Shown: positions 1-9,997 of the stretch, one piece after another
Numbering within the stretch: position 1 is the first letter of the stretch
Layout of the letters: every line of letters starts with the position of its first letter
Assembly: GCA_018383815.1 (NCBI GenBank)
Contig: JAHAWU010000002.1
Span: forward strand, 2,650-66,649
Direction: 5' to 3'
Length of the DNA: 64,000 bases
Source of the DNA: Candidatus Jordarchaeia archaeon
Lineage (GTDB): Archaea > Asgardarchaeota > Jordiarchaeia > Jordiarchaeales > Jordiarchaeaceae
Made by a program: the position numbers and the translations under genes
The notes under the pieces: generated by a model
The model's database searches: none
Told to the model about the DNA's origin: nothing
What the model saw: only the letters and a program-made list of their open reading frames with translations

Positions 1-393
1 CCCAGCTTGGCACCCCAGGGTAAACAGTTAATTATAGCGGGGACAGCTGTACCTCGGGAAAGTTTTGACAAAAACAGGGAGAAATGGATAAACAATGCCA
101 TGGAGAATCTGGAGAGAATGTTTCCAGGGCTCTCAAAGAATTTATTGTGGCAAGACATTACCACCCCCAAAGACATCGAATTATTGGGTGGGAAAGAAGC
201 GACAGTGGTGGGAATCGCACAAACCGCAGAGCAGTCAGGAGTCAACAGACCCAAATCAGTACTACCCATAAAGGGATTGTACCTGGTGGGCGGAGACGCT
301 GGAGGCTGGGGAATAGGAACAGAACTAGCTGCGGAGAGCGCAATTAATTGTTCAGAAATAATTCTTAGAGAAGTGAAAAAAGTAAAGGGGTGA
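1..393 (+). CDS. FAD-dependent oxidoreductase, phytoene-desaturase/amine-oxidase-like; C-terminal fragment whose 5' end lies outside the window
   Basis: The frame is open from base 1. The C-terminal 'GLYLVGGDAGGWGIGTELAAESA' resembles the C-terminal FAD-binding motif of the CrtI/amine oxidase family. Confidence 0.55.
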   Translation, partial: PSLAPQGKQLIIAGTAVPRESFDKNREKWINNAMENLERMFPGLSKNLLWQDITTPKDIELLGGKEATVVGIAQTAEQSGVNRPKSVLPIKGLYLVGGDAGGWGIGTELAAESAINCSEIILREVKKVKG

Positions 394-419
394 ACCACGA
401 CCTAGAATTTTGGCGGAAC

Positions 420-1487
420 CTATTTGGAGTAGCGTTCCACAATTTTCAAAACGTTTTGGGCTTCTTTTCTCGACATACAGAAGGTGCACAGAAGCAGTCC
501 CCCGTGTTTAAGTTTGGATAGGAGTAATTCTACTTCGTGGGGCTCACAGTCAATTTGGAGACATTTCCCAGCGTCTTGAATGCGTGTACACACATCTAGC
601 CACTCTGACATGGGTTTTGAACCCGCTCCAGGAACCCACTGGATACCATCTAAAGAGTCTATTTCCAAGAGAGAATCCAAGTTTCCAAGGGCCATGGGTC
701 CATCTAAGTGGTAAATGGAGTTGTTAAGCTGCTTGGAGATTTTTTCCTGCTGTTTGAGGAAAAATTCTCGGAACATTTTTGGGGAAACCAGACCCGAAAA
801 GTCATCCTGTAAAGCGAAATACTTCCCCCTGGAATACGCTGGAATCCAGGTGATGGAGCCCTTCTGCACCCGCGAAATTTTCTCGTAGTAGGTGTTGAAA
901 ACAGTGAGACATATGTCCGCCAGTTTTTCAACTAGCCTGCGCACCACTTCTGGCTCAGTAAAAAGGCTTTTCACCAGCTTCTGAGCGCCAATCGTGGCAA
1001 CTAGAGAGTCCCCTCCATAGTGAAGGTCTGGGATTCCCACCAGAAAATTTCCCTCCGCAACCTCGCAAATCCTGTCAATTAGTTCACACATAAACCTCCA
1101 CCACTCATTATCCTCCCTCAAAACAGGTTCATAGCCTGACAAATCCTCAAGGAAGGGTTCCGCCCAGGAGGTTCCCTCATCCATAAATACCAGTTTCCCT
1201 CCCAGAAAAGCGGTGAAGGAATCCGGCCCAATATTGGGCATATAGTAGGGGATTGCGTCACCCATATAGAGAGTGTTTTCAAAGCCCAACTCCACCTTGT
1301 ATAGAACATAATCTATGTTTGTCCACTTTTCCTCCACACTTTGGGGAGCCGGAAAATCCCAAAAGTTAGGAGTATCTTTGGGAGCAGTTAAATAAATCAT
1401 GGGCCTATCAAGAATTTCCCTATCCCAAAAAGCATCGAAGCGCTGCTTTATGGTTTCAAAATCAACCTCATCAAGATAAGATCTCAT
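420..1487 (-). CDS. UroD-like (uroporphyrinogen decarboxylase/MtaA superfamily) protein, distant member
   Basis: Long ORF with its likely start at the internal ATG (MRSYLDEVDF...). The C-terminal half ('LQDDFSGLVSP..FREF', 'YHLDGPM', 'GIQWVPGAG') parallels the clearer URO-D family gene at 58871-60040. The family call is tentative. Confidence 0.4.
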   Translation of the reverse strand: MRSYLDEVDFETIKQRFDAFWDREILDRPMIYLTAPKDTPNFWDFPAPQSVEEKWTNIDYVLYKVELGFENTLYMGDAIPYYMPNIGPDSFTAFLGGKLVFMDEGTSWAEPFLEDLSGYEPVLREDNEWWRFMCELIDRICEVAEGNFLVGIPDLHYGGDSLVATIGAQKLVKSLFTEPEVVRRLVEKLADICLTVFNTYYEKISRVQKGSITWIPAYSRGKYFALQDDFSGLVSPKMFREFFLKQQEKISKQLNNSIYHLDGPMALGNLDSLLEIDSLDGIQWVPGAGSKPMSEWLDVCTRIQDAGKCLQIDCEPHEVELLLSKLKHGGLLLCTFCMSRKEAQNVLKIVERYSK

Positions 1488-1559
1488 CCACAAAACCTCC
1501 AAAACCAACCAGTGGTGGAATAGTGTCGGCAAATTAATTCATAGGACATAATGGCAACT

Positions 1560-2078
1560 CTAGAGTTTGAAGTCGTCCCGGTCAAAAATGGATTCGTGTT
1601 TAATGCCATGTGATGCCAGCCTTTCTTTGGCTCCCTCTAACAAGTCAACAATGGTTATGCTGTGTTCCACCTGGCACCCCGCTTCCCTTATAGTTCTGGC
1701 AACGTGGAGAAGGGACTCTCCGCTTGTGGCCACATCGTCCACCAAGACTGCAACGTTCCCCAAGTTACCTTCAATTAGCTCCCTTAAACCATACTTTTGA
1801 GTTTGCTTCCGCACATAGAAACCGGGAATCCCACCCAGGGCACAAATGATTGAAATAATGGGAAGTGAACTGTCCTCGGTGCCGCCCACACAATCGGCCT
1901 CATACTGTTTAATTCTGGGAATCATAATGTCAGCAATCATTTTGCAGCCCACAGGATCCAAGGCTATGGGCCTCAAGTTGAAGTAATAGGTGCTCATGCG
2001 GGTACTTGAAAGAATTATGGGTTTACCAGTAACAACTCCCTTCTTCAAAATCAGCTTTTTAAGCTCCTCTCTAGTCAC
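1560..2078 (-). CDS. Type I phosphoribosyltransferase, orotate PRTase-like
   Basis: PRPP-binding motif 'VAVLVDDVATSGES'; about 172 aa; GTG start. Confidence 0.7.
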   Translation of the reverse strand: MTREELKKLILKKGVVTGKPIILSSTRMSTYYFNLRPIALDPVGCKMIADIMIPRIKQYEADCVGGTEDSSLPIISIICALGGIPGFYVRKQTQKYGLRELIEGNLGNVAVLVDDVATSGESLLHVARTIREAGCQVEHSITIVDLLEGAKERLASHGIKHESIFDRDDFKL

Positions 2079-2363
2079 AAAACCGCCTCAAAAACACTAT
2101 ATTTGCAAAACCTGAACAGTTAAATGACAATACTCAGACAATACTTCTCTTAGAAATCTCTTAAAAAACTTTTTACAAAAGCAAGCTCAGTGGCGATGCA
2201 GATTAGTCTGATTCTAATCCTTTTTTAGGGCTCTAAATGGAAAAAGAAGCTCTATTAAACGCTTCTCTTGGAGGCGAAATCGGACGAATCCACATAACCG
2301 AAGTAATGATTTAAACAAATAAAAATTAAAGTTGATAAAAAAGAGGAGGGAAGGGTGAGGTTT

Positions 2364-4352
2364 TTACTTTCCTTTGAATTTGGGAAACCTTTTTTCTAGG
2401 AATGCGGTGGTGCCCTCTACCATGTCTTCTGTTCCGAAGAGAACGCCGAAGACCCCTGACTCTACCATTAGTCCTATGTCCAGAGGCACCTCTGCTCCAT
2501 AGTTTATGGCGTACTTGGCCATCTTCAAGGCGATTGGTGGACCTGCGGCAAGCCTGTTTGCAAAGTTTTTGACTTCCTCTTCAAACTTGTCTGGCGGGAA
2601 TACCTTGTTTATTAGGCCCATTTTCTGAGCCTCCTCCACGCTCACCCGGTCTCCCAGCATAACCATTTCTTTTGCTCTGCCCAAGCCCACATATCTGGAA
2701 AGCCTCTGGGTTCCGCCGGCTCCGGGTATTATTCCCAAGAGTATTTCGGGTTGTCCCACAAATGTTCCCTCTTTTGCGAGTCTAAAGTCGCAAGCCATAG
2801 CAATTTCCAGTCCCCCGCCTAGAGCAAAACCATTGAGGGCTGCTATTATGGGTTTTGGAAACTTCTCCATGCGGGTTGTGACCATTTGCAGTCTTCGAGT
2901 GGCCTCAAAACCCAGGTTTGGTGTTCCACCCTTGAATCCCGTAATGTCCGCTCCTGCGCAAAATGCTCTATCACCAGCACCAGTAATTATGAGAACCCTT
3001 ACTTCTTCATCGTCCCACAGCTCGGTTAAACAGTGGTCCAAATCTGCTGTGAGATCAGCGTTTATAGCATTTAGCCTCTGCGGCCGATTAAAGATTAGCC
3101 ACGCCAGTGGAGGCTCCCTCTTAAAGATTGTAGCCTTGTATGTATATCCCGCACCTGCATAATCATAGAAGCCCTTTCCCGCCTTAACACCAGTATGTCC
3201 TTTTTCTACCATCTCGGTCAGTAAGGGGTCTACCTTGTAGTAGTCTCCATACTTGGCTTCCTTTTCCTTTAGTATGTTGACTATGCGGTCGATTCCCCAC
3301 TCGTCGGCCAACTCGCAGAGACCCTTGGGATAGCCTAGTCCCAGCTTGACTCCCATATCTATGTCCTGGGGATCTGCAACATCGTTCCTAATGAGCCACG
3401 CTGCGGCGTTAACTACGGGGGCGAATAGTGGTACGGGGTCAACCTTTTCTCCCACACCAGCGGGTATTGATGGGCGGCCCTTGCTCCAGTCGTAGAATCC
3501 TTTCCCAGCCTTCCATCCATACTCTCCTTTACTGGCTTTTTCCACGAAGAGTTTCTGGGGTCCAGGAGCCATGGGGTCTCTCTTCTTTGTTTCCTCTGAA
3601 GCCTTAACTATGGTGTCTATGCCGCTATAGTCCGCCACTAGGAAGACGCCCATTGGTAATCCAACCTTGTAGGCTAGGGCGGAGTCTATTTCCTCCACGG
3701 TGGCTTCTCCCCGCTCCACGGTTCTTGCGGCTTCCGCGAGCAGTGGTCCCAGGAGTCTGTTCACTATGAATCCTGGAACATCCTTTCTGCACACTACCAC
3801 CATTTTGCCCATTTTCTTTGCCATTTCCACCGTGGTCTGAGTGGTTTCATCGTCAGTTTTGTCTCCCCGAATTATCTCCACCAATGGCATAAGTGGCGGG
3901 GGATTGAAGAAGTGCATCCCAATAACTTTCTCGGGTCTCTTGGTTGCACTGGCTATTTCCGATATGGGAAGCGTGCTGGTGTTAGTTGCAAGTATGGCGT
4001 GTTTAGGCGTCTTCTCATCGAGTTCTTTAAAGGTCTTTTTCTTGAGATCCATAACCTCCGGTATGGCTTCAATTACAAAGTCTGCGTCTCTAACAGCCTC
4101 GTCAAAATCTACAACGCCGTGTAATCTTTTCCAGCTCTGATCCATCATCTCCGGGGTGATTCTCTTTTTTTCGGCGAATTTTTCTAGGCTTTTTTTGATC
4201 ATGCTCATTCCTTTGTCGACGAGCTCCTGGTTTATGTCTCTCAGGTAAGTCTCAAAGCCGGCTAGGGCTGCGAGTTCCGCGATTCCGTGGCCCATAACTC
4301 CAGCGCCCAACACGGCTACTTTCTTAATCTCATCTATTTTGACCAAATTCAT
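2364..4352 (-). CDS. Bifunctional 3-hydroxyacyl-CoA dehydrogenase (N-terminal) / enoyl-CoA hydratase (C-terminal) fusion
   Basis: N-terminal Rossmann motif 'VAVLGAGVMGHGIA' and HCDH core. The C-terminal crotonase fold shows 'ITGAGDRAFCAGADI' and 'NGFALGGGLEIAMACD'. Confidence 0.9.
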   Translation of the reverse strand: MNLVKIDEIKKVAVLGAGVMGHGIAELAALAGFETYLRDINQELVDKGMSMIKKSLEKFAEKKRITPEMMDQSWKRLHGVVDFDEAVRDADFVIEAIPEVMDLKKKTFKELDEKTPKHAILATNTSTLPISEIASATKRPEKVIGMHFFNPPPLMPLVEIIRGDKTDDETTQTTVEMAKKMGKMVVVCRKDVPGFIVNRLLGPLLAEAARTVERGEATVEEIDSALAYKVGLPMGVFLVADYSGIDTIVKASEETKKRDPMAPGPQKLFVEKASKGEYGWKAGKGFYDWSKGRPSIPAGVGEKVDPVPLFAPVVNAAAWLIRNDVADPQDIDMGVKLGLGYPKGLCELADEWGIDRIVNILKEKEAKYGDYYKVDPLLTEMVEKGHTGVKAGKGFYDYAGAGYTYKATIFKREPPLAWLIFNRPQRLNAINADLTADLDHCLTELWDDEEVRVLIITGAGDRAFCAGADITGFKGGTPNLGFEATRRLQMVTTRMEKFPKPIIAALNGFALGGGLEIAMACDFRLAKEGTFVGQPEILLGIIPGAGGTQRLSRYVGLGRAKEMVMLGDRVSVEEAQKMGLINKVFPPDKFEEEVKNFANRLAAGPPIALKMAKYAINYGAEVPLDIGLMVESGVFGVLFGTEDMVEGTTAFLEKRFPKFKGK

Positions 4353-4743
4353 TCTCCCCTAAAATCCTTTGAATCTAAGAAGATTCGCTCCAGATATAAA
4401 ACTTTTCGCCAAAAAAGTTCGCTGGCTCTCTACAATCTTTTTACTGGCTTACAAAATTTGAGAAATGGTGGTAGCTGATCTCTGGTTACTTCCTCTATTT
4501 ATCTTCACTTGTGATTGCCATTAGTGCCACTTATTGAGGATTTATTCAATACTTACAATGTGTTCAGGCTGGCTCTCTTCCCAGAGTTACCAAAAAACAG
4601 CGGGGAAGTCATCTCCCTAGGGATAAAGAAGGGGAAGCAGGGATAAATGGCTAGAACAAATTTAACATTGTAGGTGTGATTTGTCGAATAGAAGACACAG
4701 GCACATCTTTTATGTTGTCTTGTTCCCGGCTTTCCTATAAAGG

Positions 4744-4750
4744 TTTATAA
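4744..4750 (+). promoter_or_regulatory. Candidate TATA box for the MNT/HEPN operon
   Basis: 'TTTATAA' lies about 37 nt upstream of the ATG at 4787, with a 'GGGAG' SD-like element at 4775-4779. Confidence 0.3.
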
Positions 4751-4786
4751 TTGTTGCATTCCAAATTGTAAATTGGGAGTGTTTTT

Positions 4787-5296
4787 ATGGGCACTGACAG
4801 GGTTTCTGTAGAGTACCGGCGGCTTTTAAACGATTATGTTTCATACATTTATTCACACTTTGGGAATAGGTTAAGGTCAGTGTGCCTATTCGGCTCGGTG
4901 GCTCGGGGAGAGGCTACCCCCACAAGTGATATAGATGTTTTGGTAGTTGCTGAGGATCTTCCACGAGATGTGGGTTTGAGGACTAGAGAGACGAACTGGA
5001 TTCACATCAAGCTTAGAGAGACCGAATCCTACCAGGCGCTTAAAAAACTGGGAAGAAACTGCTTAATTTCAGACATATTCCTTACACCCCAAGAAGTGGA
5101 AACACACCCCCCCATACTTTTAGACATGATAGACGACGGAGTAATCTTTTACGATAAAGACAACTTCCTCAAGAACGCACTAGAAAAACTGTCCGAAAAA
5201 CTGAAACAGTTGGGAGCTAAAAAAATCAAAACGGAAAAAGGCCATTACTGGATTCTTAAACCCGACGCTAAGCCCTCAGAGGTAGTTGAGATTTGA
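4787..5296 (+). CDS. Minimal nucleotidyltransferase (MNT) domain protein, antitoxin-type partner of the downstream HEPN gene
   Basis: NTase motif 'GSVARGEATPTSDIDVLV'. It is paralogous to the ORF at 29289-29795. Confidence 0.8.
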   Translation: MGTDRVSVEYRRLLNDYVSYIYSHFGNRLRSVCLFGSVARGEATPTSDIDVLVVAEDLPRDVGLRTRETNWIHIKLRETESYQALKKLGRNCLISDIFLTPQEVETHPPILLDMIDDGVIFYDKDNFLKNALEKLSEKLKQLGAKKIKTEKGHYWILKPDAKPSEVVEI

Positions 5297-5307
5297 GAAA
5301 CACAAAA

Positions 5308-5727
5308 ATGGCTTCCGACCACATTTTCAGAGCACAAAGATGCTTAAAGGAAGCCGAATTAGCCTTATCGGAGAAGGACTATGCGGGAGTGGTGAGAAGA
5401 TCGCAGGAAGCCCTAGAGCTTGCAATAAAGGCCGTTTTAAGATATCTGACAATTGAGTACCCAAGGGAACATGATGTAAGCGGCGTTCTCGTGCAAGCCG
5501 GAGACCGTCTGCCCAAATATTTGAGAGAGAGGCTTCAAGATATCGTAGAACTTTCAGCAGAGCTAGCCAGGGTTAGGGGGCCTGCGCTCTACGGCTACGA
5601 AATAGAGGGAATACCTGCCAGAGAATCCTTTGGAAGAGACTATGCAGAAAACATTTATCACGGGGTAAAGGAGATTGTGAATCTCTGCTCCGAGTTCCTT
5701 AAAACCAGTATAAATTTTAGAAAATAG
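5308..5727 (+). CDS. HEPN domain protein, toxin-type partner of the MNT gene
   Basis: Helical HEPN layout with 'YPREHDV' (R-x-H region). The ATG at 5308 follows the MNT stop. It aligns with the HEPN gene at 28854-29292. Confidence 0.75.
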   Translation: MASDHIFRAQRCLKEAELALSEKDYAGVVRRSQEALELAIKAVLRYLTIEYPREHDVSGVLVQAGDRLPKYLRERLQDIVELSAELARVRGPALYGYEIEGIPARESFGRDYAENIYHGVKEIVNLCSEFLKTSINFRK

Positions 5728-5942
5728 TAACCCCTCCGGTCCATGTGTTCGAGTGGCACTCCTGTTTGTGGGATTCCTTTTTTGTGGCTGGGTTCTTGAG
5801 GCAAACTCTCCCAGTTTTTAACACAAACATGTATAAAATGGGGGCTGGAAGGCATACAGAGGCAAAGGGCCAGGGCAGGAAGGACACAAAAAATCAAACG
5901 TAAGGAGTCCTGTCTAAACATATGGCTCCGGGGACTATAGTT

Positions 5943-7226
5943 TTATGTTAGGGGTTTGGAGTGTTTCCAGACCTCTAGAAATTTTTCTCTTAGTTTGGAG
6001 ACATATTTTTTGTGGGTTGTCCAGAATCCGGCGTCTAGAGCAGGTGAGTCGGGGAGGTCTTCAAGCATTACCACAGCGGTGTTTGCATCGTATACTACCA
6101 TTCGGGGTAAGGGGTGGTCTTCGGGCAGATACCACTTGTTTGGGGTGTCTATTTGACGAATGTTTATTTTTAGGTCTAGAATCCTTTCCATTAATTCTGT
6201 TTCATAGTAATTGGGGGGCAAGAGTAGATATATTATTTCGCCTGGTATGTTTTCTTCGGTTATAAAATTGAGGAATCTTAGTGCATATGTGGACAAATAT
6301 TTAACCGAGAAGAATGCTAGGGTCTCATCTTTGGAGTCTTTCAGGAATTCTGCCATCTTTTTTATTAGGTTTCTTTCTCCTATTAGGGGTTGTATTTGGT
6401 ACTCTTCTCCCAGCTTCACTTCAGCTAGTCTAGTTTTTGCGTCTAGGGCGTTTTCCCAGAAATAGTTGAAAATTTTGCCCTGGTAAGCGATGAATGTGTT
6501 AGAAGTTGTGAAGAATGCGGAGTCTGCTTTTGACTTCATCTTTCTAACGTCGTCAATTTTGATAAATGTTAGAGAGCGTTTTTCGTCAACAATTAAAATA
6601 TTCTGATCAGGGTGAAATCCATGCTTTACACGAATTTTTGGATTGATACGCTCTACAATGCCAGAGTTTTTTGGTGTGATCTTCGTGAGAAGCCTCACGT
6701 AAACGTCGTTCTCAGAAATTTGGTTAAAAATGTCGGTTAACCCGAAAAGGGAGCAGAGATACAAACCATTCTCATCTGTTAAAAGGTCTACGCGTTTCCT
6801 TGCACGTAGGACCATGTCAGCCATAGCACTGTAAATGTTCTGTCGATGGTGGATTAAACGAAACTCAGGATTCTCAATTTCATAATTTTCAATGCAGGAG
6901 AGAAGCTTCTCTAAATTAGGCTTGATTTTCTCTAGTTGGGTAATTTGCTGCCTTTTCACATTAATCAATGAATCCAACACATCCAATGGATTAATGGCTC
7001 TGTATTTTCTGGGCCTCTCAAGAGTTTGGATAATAAACCCCTTCTGAATCAGTTCTCCAAGAAGCCTGTAGGTCATCTGTCTGGAAAAATCTAAAACGTT
7101 ACAAATTTCCCTAGCAGACATGCCACCCTTCTTTGACCCCAGAACACAAAGGTATAACTCCGCCTCCTTCTCTGTTAAGCCACAATTAATTAGGGAATCC
7201 AAAGTTTCCAAAACAAAAACACCCAT
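5943..7226 (-). CDS. TrmB-family transcriptional regulator
   Basis: N-terminal wHTH 'LTEKEAELYLCVLGSKKGGMSAREICNVLDFSRQMTYRLLGELIQKGFI', typical of TrmB. The start is placed at the internal ATG (MGVFVLETL); the upstream part of the track ORF is AT-rich leader. Confidence 0.7.
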   Translation of the reverse strand: MGVFVLETLDSLINCGLTEKEAELYLCVLGSKKGGMSAREICNVLDFSRQMTYRLLGELIQKGFIIQTLERPRKYRAINPLDVLDSLINVKRQQITQLEKIKPNLEKLLSCIENYEIENPEFRLIHHRQNIYSAMADMVLRARKRVDLLTDENGLYLCSLFGLTDIFNQISENDVYVRLLTKITPKNSGIVERINPKIRVKHGFHPDQNILIVDEKRSLTFIKIDDVRKMKSKADSAFFTTSNTFIAYQGKIFNYFWENALDAKTRLAEVKLGEEYQIQPLIGERNLIKKMAEFLKDSKDETLAFFSVKYLSTYALRFLNFITEENIPGEIIYLLLPPNYYETELMERILDLKINIRQIDTPNKWYLPEDHPLPRMVVYDANTAVVMLEDLPDSPALDAGFWTTHKKYVSKLREKFLEVWKHSKPLT

Positions 7227-7413
7227 CCTTTGACAATCTATAGAAACATAAATACATAAATTTATAAAGCTTGTAGTGAAAAATTCAAGCCTAGAACCCA
7301 AACAGCCGACAGTACCCTTTAAGCAGAGGATTAAACAATTTTTGTCCAAGCTTAGAAATACAAACATTTAACTGATATTGAGAACACCATTTTAGAGATT
7401 TGAGGTGAACTAA

Positions 7414-8586
7414 TTGGGGCCACTCGATGGCGTGAGAGTCCTGGATTTTTCGAGGCTTCTGCCCTTCAACTATGCCACTCTGCTCTTAGCGGATATGGGG
7501 GCTGAAGTTCTGAAGATAGAAGAGCCAATTTTGGGAGATTATATGCGTTGGGCTCCCCCAATTCTCAAAAAAGAGAATGCAGTTTTTCTTATTTTGAATA
7601 GAAATAAGAAAAGTATGAAGCTGAACCTGAAGGCGGAAAAAGGTAGGGAAATAGTGAGGAAACTGGTTAAGAAATACGACGTAGTTTTTGAAACATTTAG
7701 ACCCGGAGTCATGGAAAAATTAGGCCTGGGCTATAGTGATCTTAAAAAGATTAATCCAAAAATAATATACTGTTCCACTACGGGCTACGGGCAGGATGGC
7801 CCCTATGTTGACAAACCGGGACATGACATAAATTATATAAGTATAGCGGGAATTCTGGGTGTTACAGGCAGACATACGGGAGCACCTGTAATTCCGGGGA
7901 TTCCAATAGCCGATATGAGTTCAGGTGTCTTCTCTGCTCTGGCAATTGTATCTGCACTATTAGCCAGGGAAAGAACGGGGAAGGGACAATACATCGATGT
8001 GTCAATGACTGATACGGTGCTAACCTTTAATGTCCTACACATTGGAACCCATATCTCGGGGTATAGTTTAGGCGAAGAGGGAACACTCAGCACACTAGGA
8101 GAATCTGCATATTATAATGTCTACGAAACCAAAGACCGAGAATTCATAGCCTTCGGAAACATTGAGGGAAAGTTCTGGGCCAACTTCTGTAAAGTAATTG
8201 GTAGAGAGGACTTAATAGGCAAACAATTTGTCTCAAAAAAAGAGGAAAAGAAAGTACTGTCAGAAGTAAGGGAAATTATTCGCACCAAAACCAGAGATGA
8301 GTGGCTAAAAATAATGGAAGGCCAAGACATCTGCGTAACACCAGTTTACTCCATTAGGGAAGTAATCCAGGATCCACAGCTCAGACACCGCAAAATGTTC
8401 ACTGAAGTGGAACACCCAGTCGAAGGTAAAACACTCCACGTAGCCTTTCCCCTAAAATTCTCCGAAACCCCAGCCACCATTAGAACACCCGCACCACTAT
8501 TCGGACAACACACAAACGAAGTACTAAAAGAACTAGGATACAACGAAGAAGAAATAAAAAGCCTAGAAAAAGAAGGGGTAATCTAA
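7414..8586 (+). CDS. Family III CoA-transferase (CaiB/BaiF, alpha-methylacyl-CoA racemase-like)
   Basis: N-terminal 'LDGVRVLDFSRLLPFNYATLLLADMGAEVLKIEEP' signature. TTG start preceded by a GAGGTGA SD. Confidence 0.85.
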   Translation: MGPLDGVRVLDFSRLLPFNYATLLLADMGAEVLKIEEPILGDYMRWAPPILKKENAVFLILNRNKKSMKLNLKAEKGREIVRKLVKKYDVVFETFRPGVMEKLGLGYSDLKKINPKIIYCSTTGYGQDGPYVDKPGHDINYISIAGILGVTGRHTGAPVIPGIPIADMSSGVFSALAIVSALLARERTGKGQYIDVSMTDTVLTFNVLHIGTHISGYSLGEEGTLSTLGESAYYNVYETKDREFIAFGNIEGKFWANFCKVIGREDLIGKQFVSKKEEKKVLSEVREIIRTKTRDEWLKIMEGQDICVTPVYSIREVIQDPQLRHRKMFTEVEHPVEGKTLHVAFPLKFSETPATIRTPAPLFGQHTNEVLKELGYNEEEIKSLEKEGVI

Positions 8587-8650
8587 CCACATTTTTACTC
8601 CTTTAATTAAAAGTGGAAAAAAGAAAAAGGAATGTTGAATATATGGTTTT

Positions 8651-9985
8651 TTAGCCCTTTGTTAGGTCTACGAATTTGGCAATCTTGTGTGGAACCGGCC
8701 TAGGTATCTCTTCTTCTTTTACCCAGTTTATCTCGACCTTTACTCCCAGCTCCCTCTCCATCTCTTTTGTCAGTTCTGTCTTCAACTTGTCGGGATCCTT
8801 GGTCACAGCGGGGTCATAAGCCACATTAACCCTCAATCTATCCATAGCAGATGAGTACTTGACTAGACTGAACATTGCCTTTATGGTTTCAGGATGTTTC
8901 TGAAGAATAACCTCAACATCAAACGGGATGAACGTTTTATCTCCAACCTTTACTCGCCACCCCGTTCTTGCAAGAATACGTCCATAGGGATGTGTTATTC
9001 CCCGCTCACAGGGTTCAGTGTACAATTCAAGGAAGTCCTCTGTGCTGAATCGGATGTAAGGCAACCCCTTAACCCTCAAATTCGTCGCCACCAGCTCACC
9101 CCGCTCACCGGGAGCCACAGTTTCATGCGTATCTGGATCAAGAATCTCTGGAAGACCCATGTCCGCCCAAATATGCCCAGTTACATGCTCTTCACATATT
9201 TCAACAGGCCAACACCAAGACTCACCCGCACCGCCAGCATCCATAATTCTTACGTTAGGCCAATTCTTTTTGGCATTTTCACGAGCTACGGGGGACAGGG
9301 GCTCACCCATAGATACCGCAAACTTCACACATGAGAGAACCTTGCTGGGTTCGTAACCCAACTGCTTCAAGGCAAGCGGAAGGAAGGAGGCAAAGACCTC
9401 TGTTGTAATAGCAGAAATGCACTCAGGCTGATGGATGATCATCCACTTCGCCCACCTATCCACGAAGAGGGGATGTGGGAAATCGAAGCCAAAAGTTCTG
9501 AGCCCTAACCTATGACAGGCATTAAGCACAGAAGGCATCACCCAGTGCCAATTTATGGCTGCACTAAATACTTTCATTCCTGGTCTAACTCCTCCATCCC
9601 AGAGGTTTCGGCACATTATTTCTGTGCCTAGGTAGATGTCGTTTCTGGTGGCGGCTCCTAGGGTGGGCATTCCAGTGGTGCCAGAAGAAGTCCATATATT
9701 TATTAGTTCTTCTCTTGGAACACAGCAAAGTCCAGAGAATGGGTCTCCCGTTCTTCTCTGTTCTTCCCTTAGATGGTCTTTATTGTATATTGGGATTTTT
9801 TGTTTGAAGTCATCCAGGGTTTTTATGTCTTCGGGTTTTATGTTTGCTTCGTCGTAGAGTTTGTGGTGCCATGAGGAGTTTGTGTATACGTAGTTTATTT
9901 GTGATTTTATGAATTTTAGTTGCAGCTCTCGTAACTCGTCTTGGGGCATAGTTTCTATTTTGGGGTTCCATAATTCATGTCTCAT
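8651..9985 (-). CDS. Phenylacetate-CoA ligase-like adenylate-forming enzyme (PaaK / F390 synthetase family)
   Basis: P-loop 'SSGTTGMPT', 'GELVATNL', 'YIRFSTEDF', and a C-terminal small domain is present. Confidence 0.8.
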   Translation of the reverse strand: MRHELWNPKIETMPQDELRELQLKFIKSQINYVYTNSSWHHKLYDEANIKPEDIKTLDDFKQKIPIYNKDHLREEQRRTGDPFSGLCCVPREELINIWTSSGTTGMPTLGAATRNDIYLGTEIMCRNLWDGGVRPGMKVFSAAINWHWVMPSVLNACHRLGLRTFGFDFPHPLFVDRWAKWMIIHQPECISAITTEVFASFLPLALKQLGYEPSKVLSCVKFAVSMGEPLSPVARENAKKNWPNVRIMDAGGAGESWCWPVEICEEHVTGHIWADMGLPEILDPDTHETVAPGERGELVATNLRVKGLPYIRFSTEDFLELYTEPCERGITHPYGRILARTGWRVKVGDKTFIPFDVEVILQKHPETIKAMFSLVKYSSAMDRLRVNVAYDPAVTKDPDKLKTELTKEMERELGVKVEINWVKEEEIPRPVPHKIAKFVDLTKG

Positions 9986-9997
9986 CTTTTTTCACCT

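Noticed and set aside
2276-2307. A shared intergenic motif: GAAATCGGACGAATCCACATAACCGAAGTAAT at 2276-2307 versus GAATCGGACGAATCTATATCACCGTAGTTAT at 28446-28476. It might be a MITE or sRNA fragment.
   Set aside because: There are only two copies, about 31 nt long, at roughly 80-85 percent identity. A 12-nt exact core is expected by chance many times in 64 kb. No flanking inverted repeats or conserved structure could be established.
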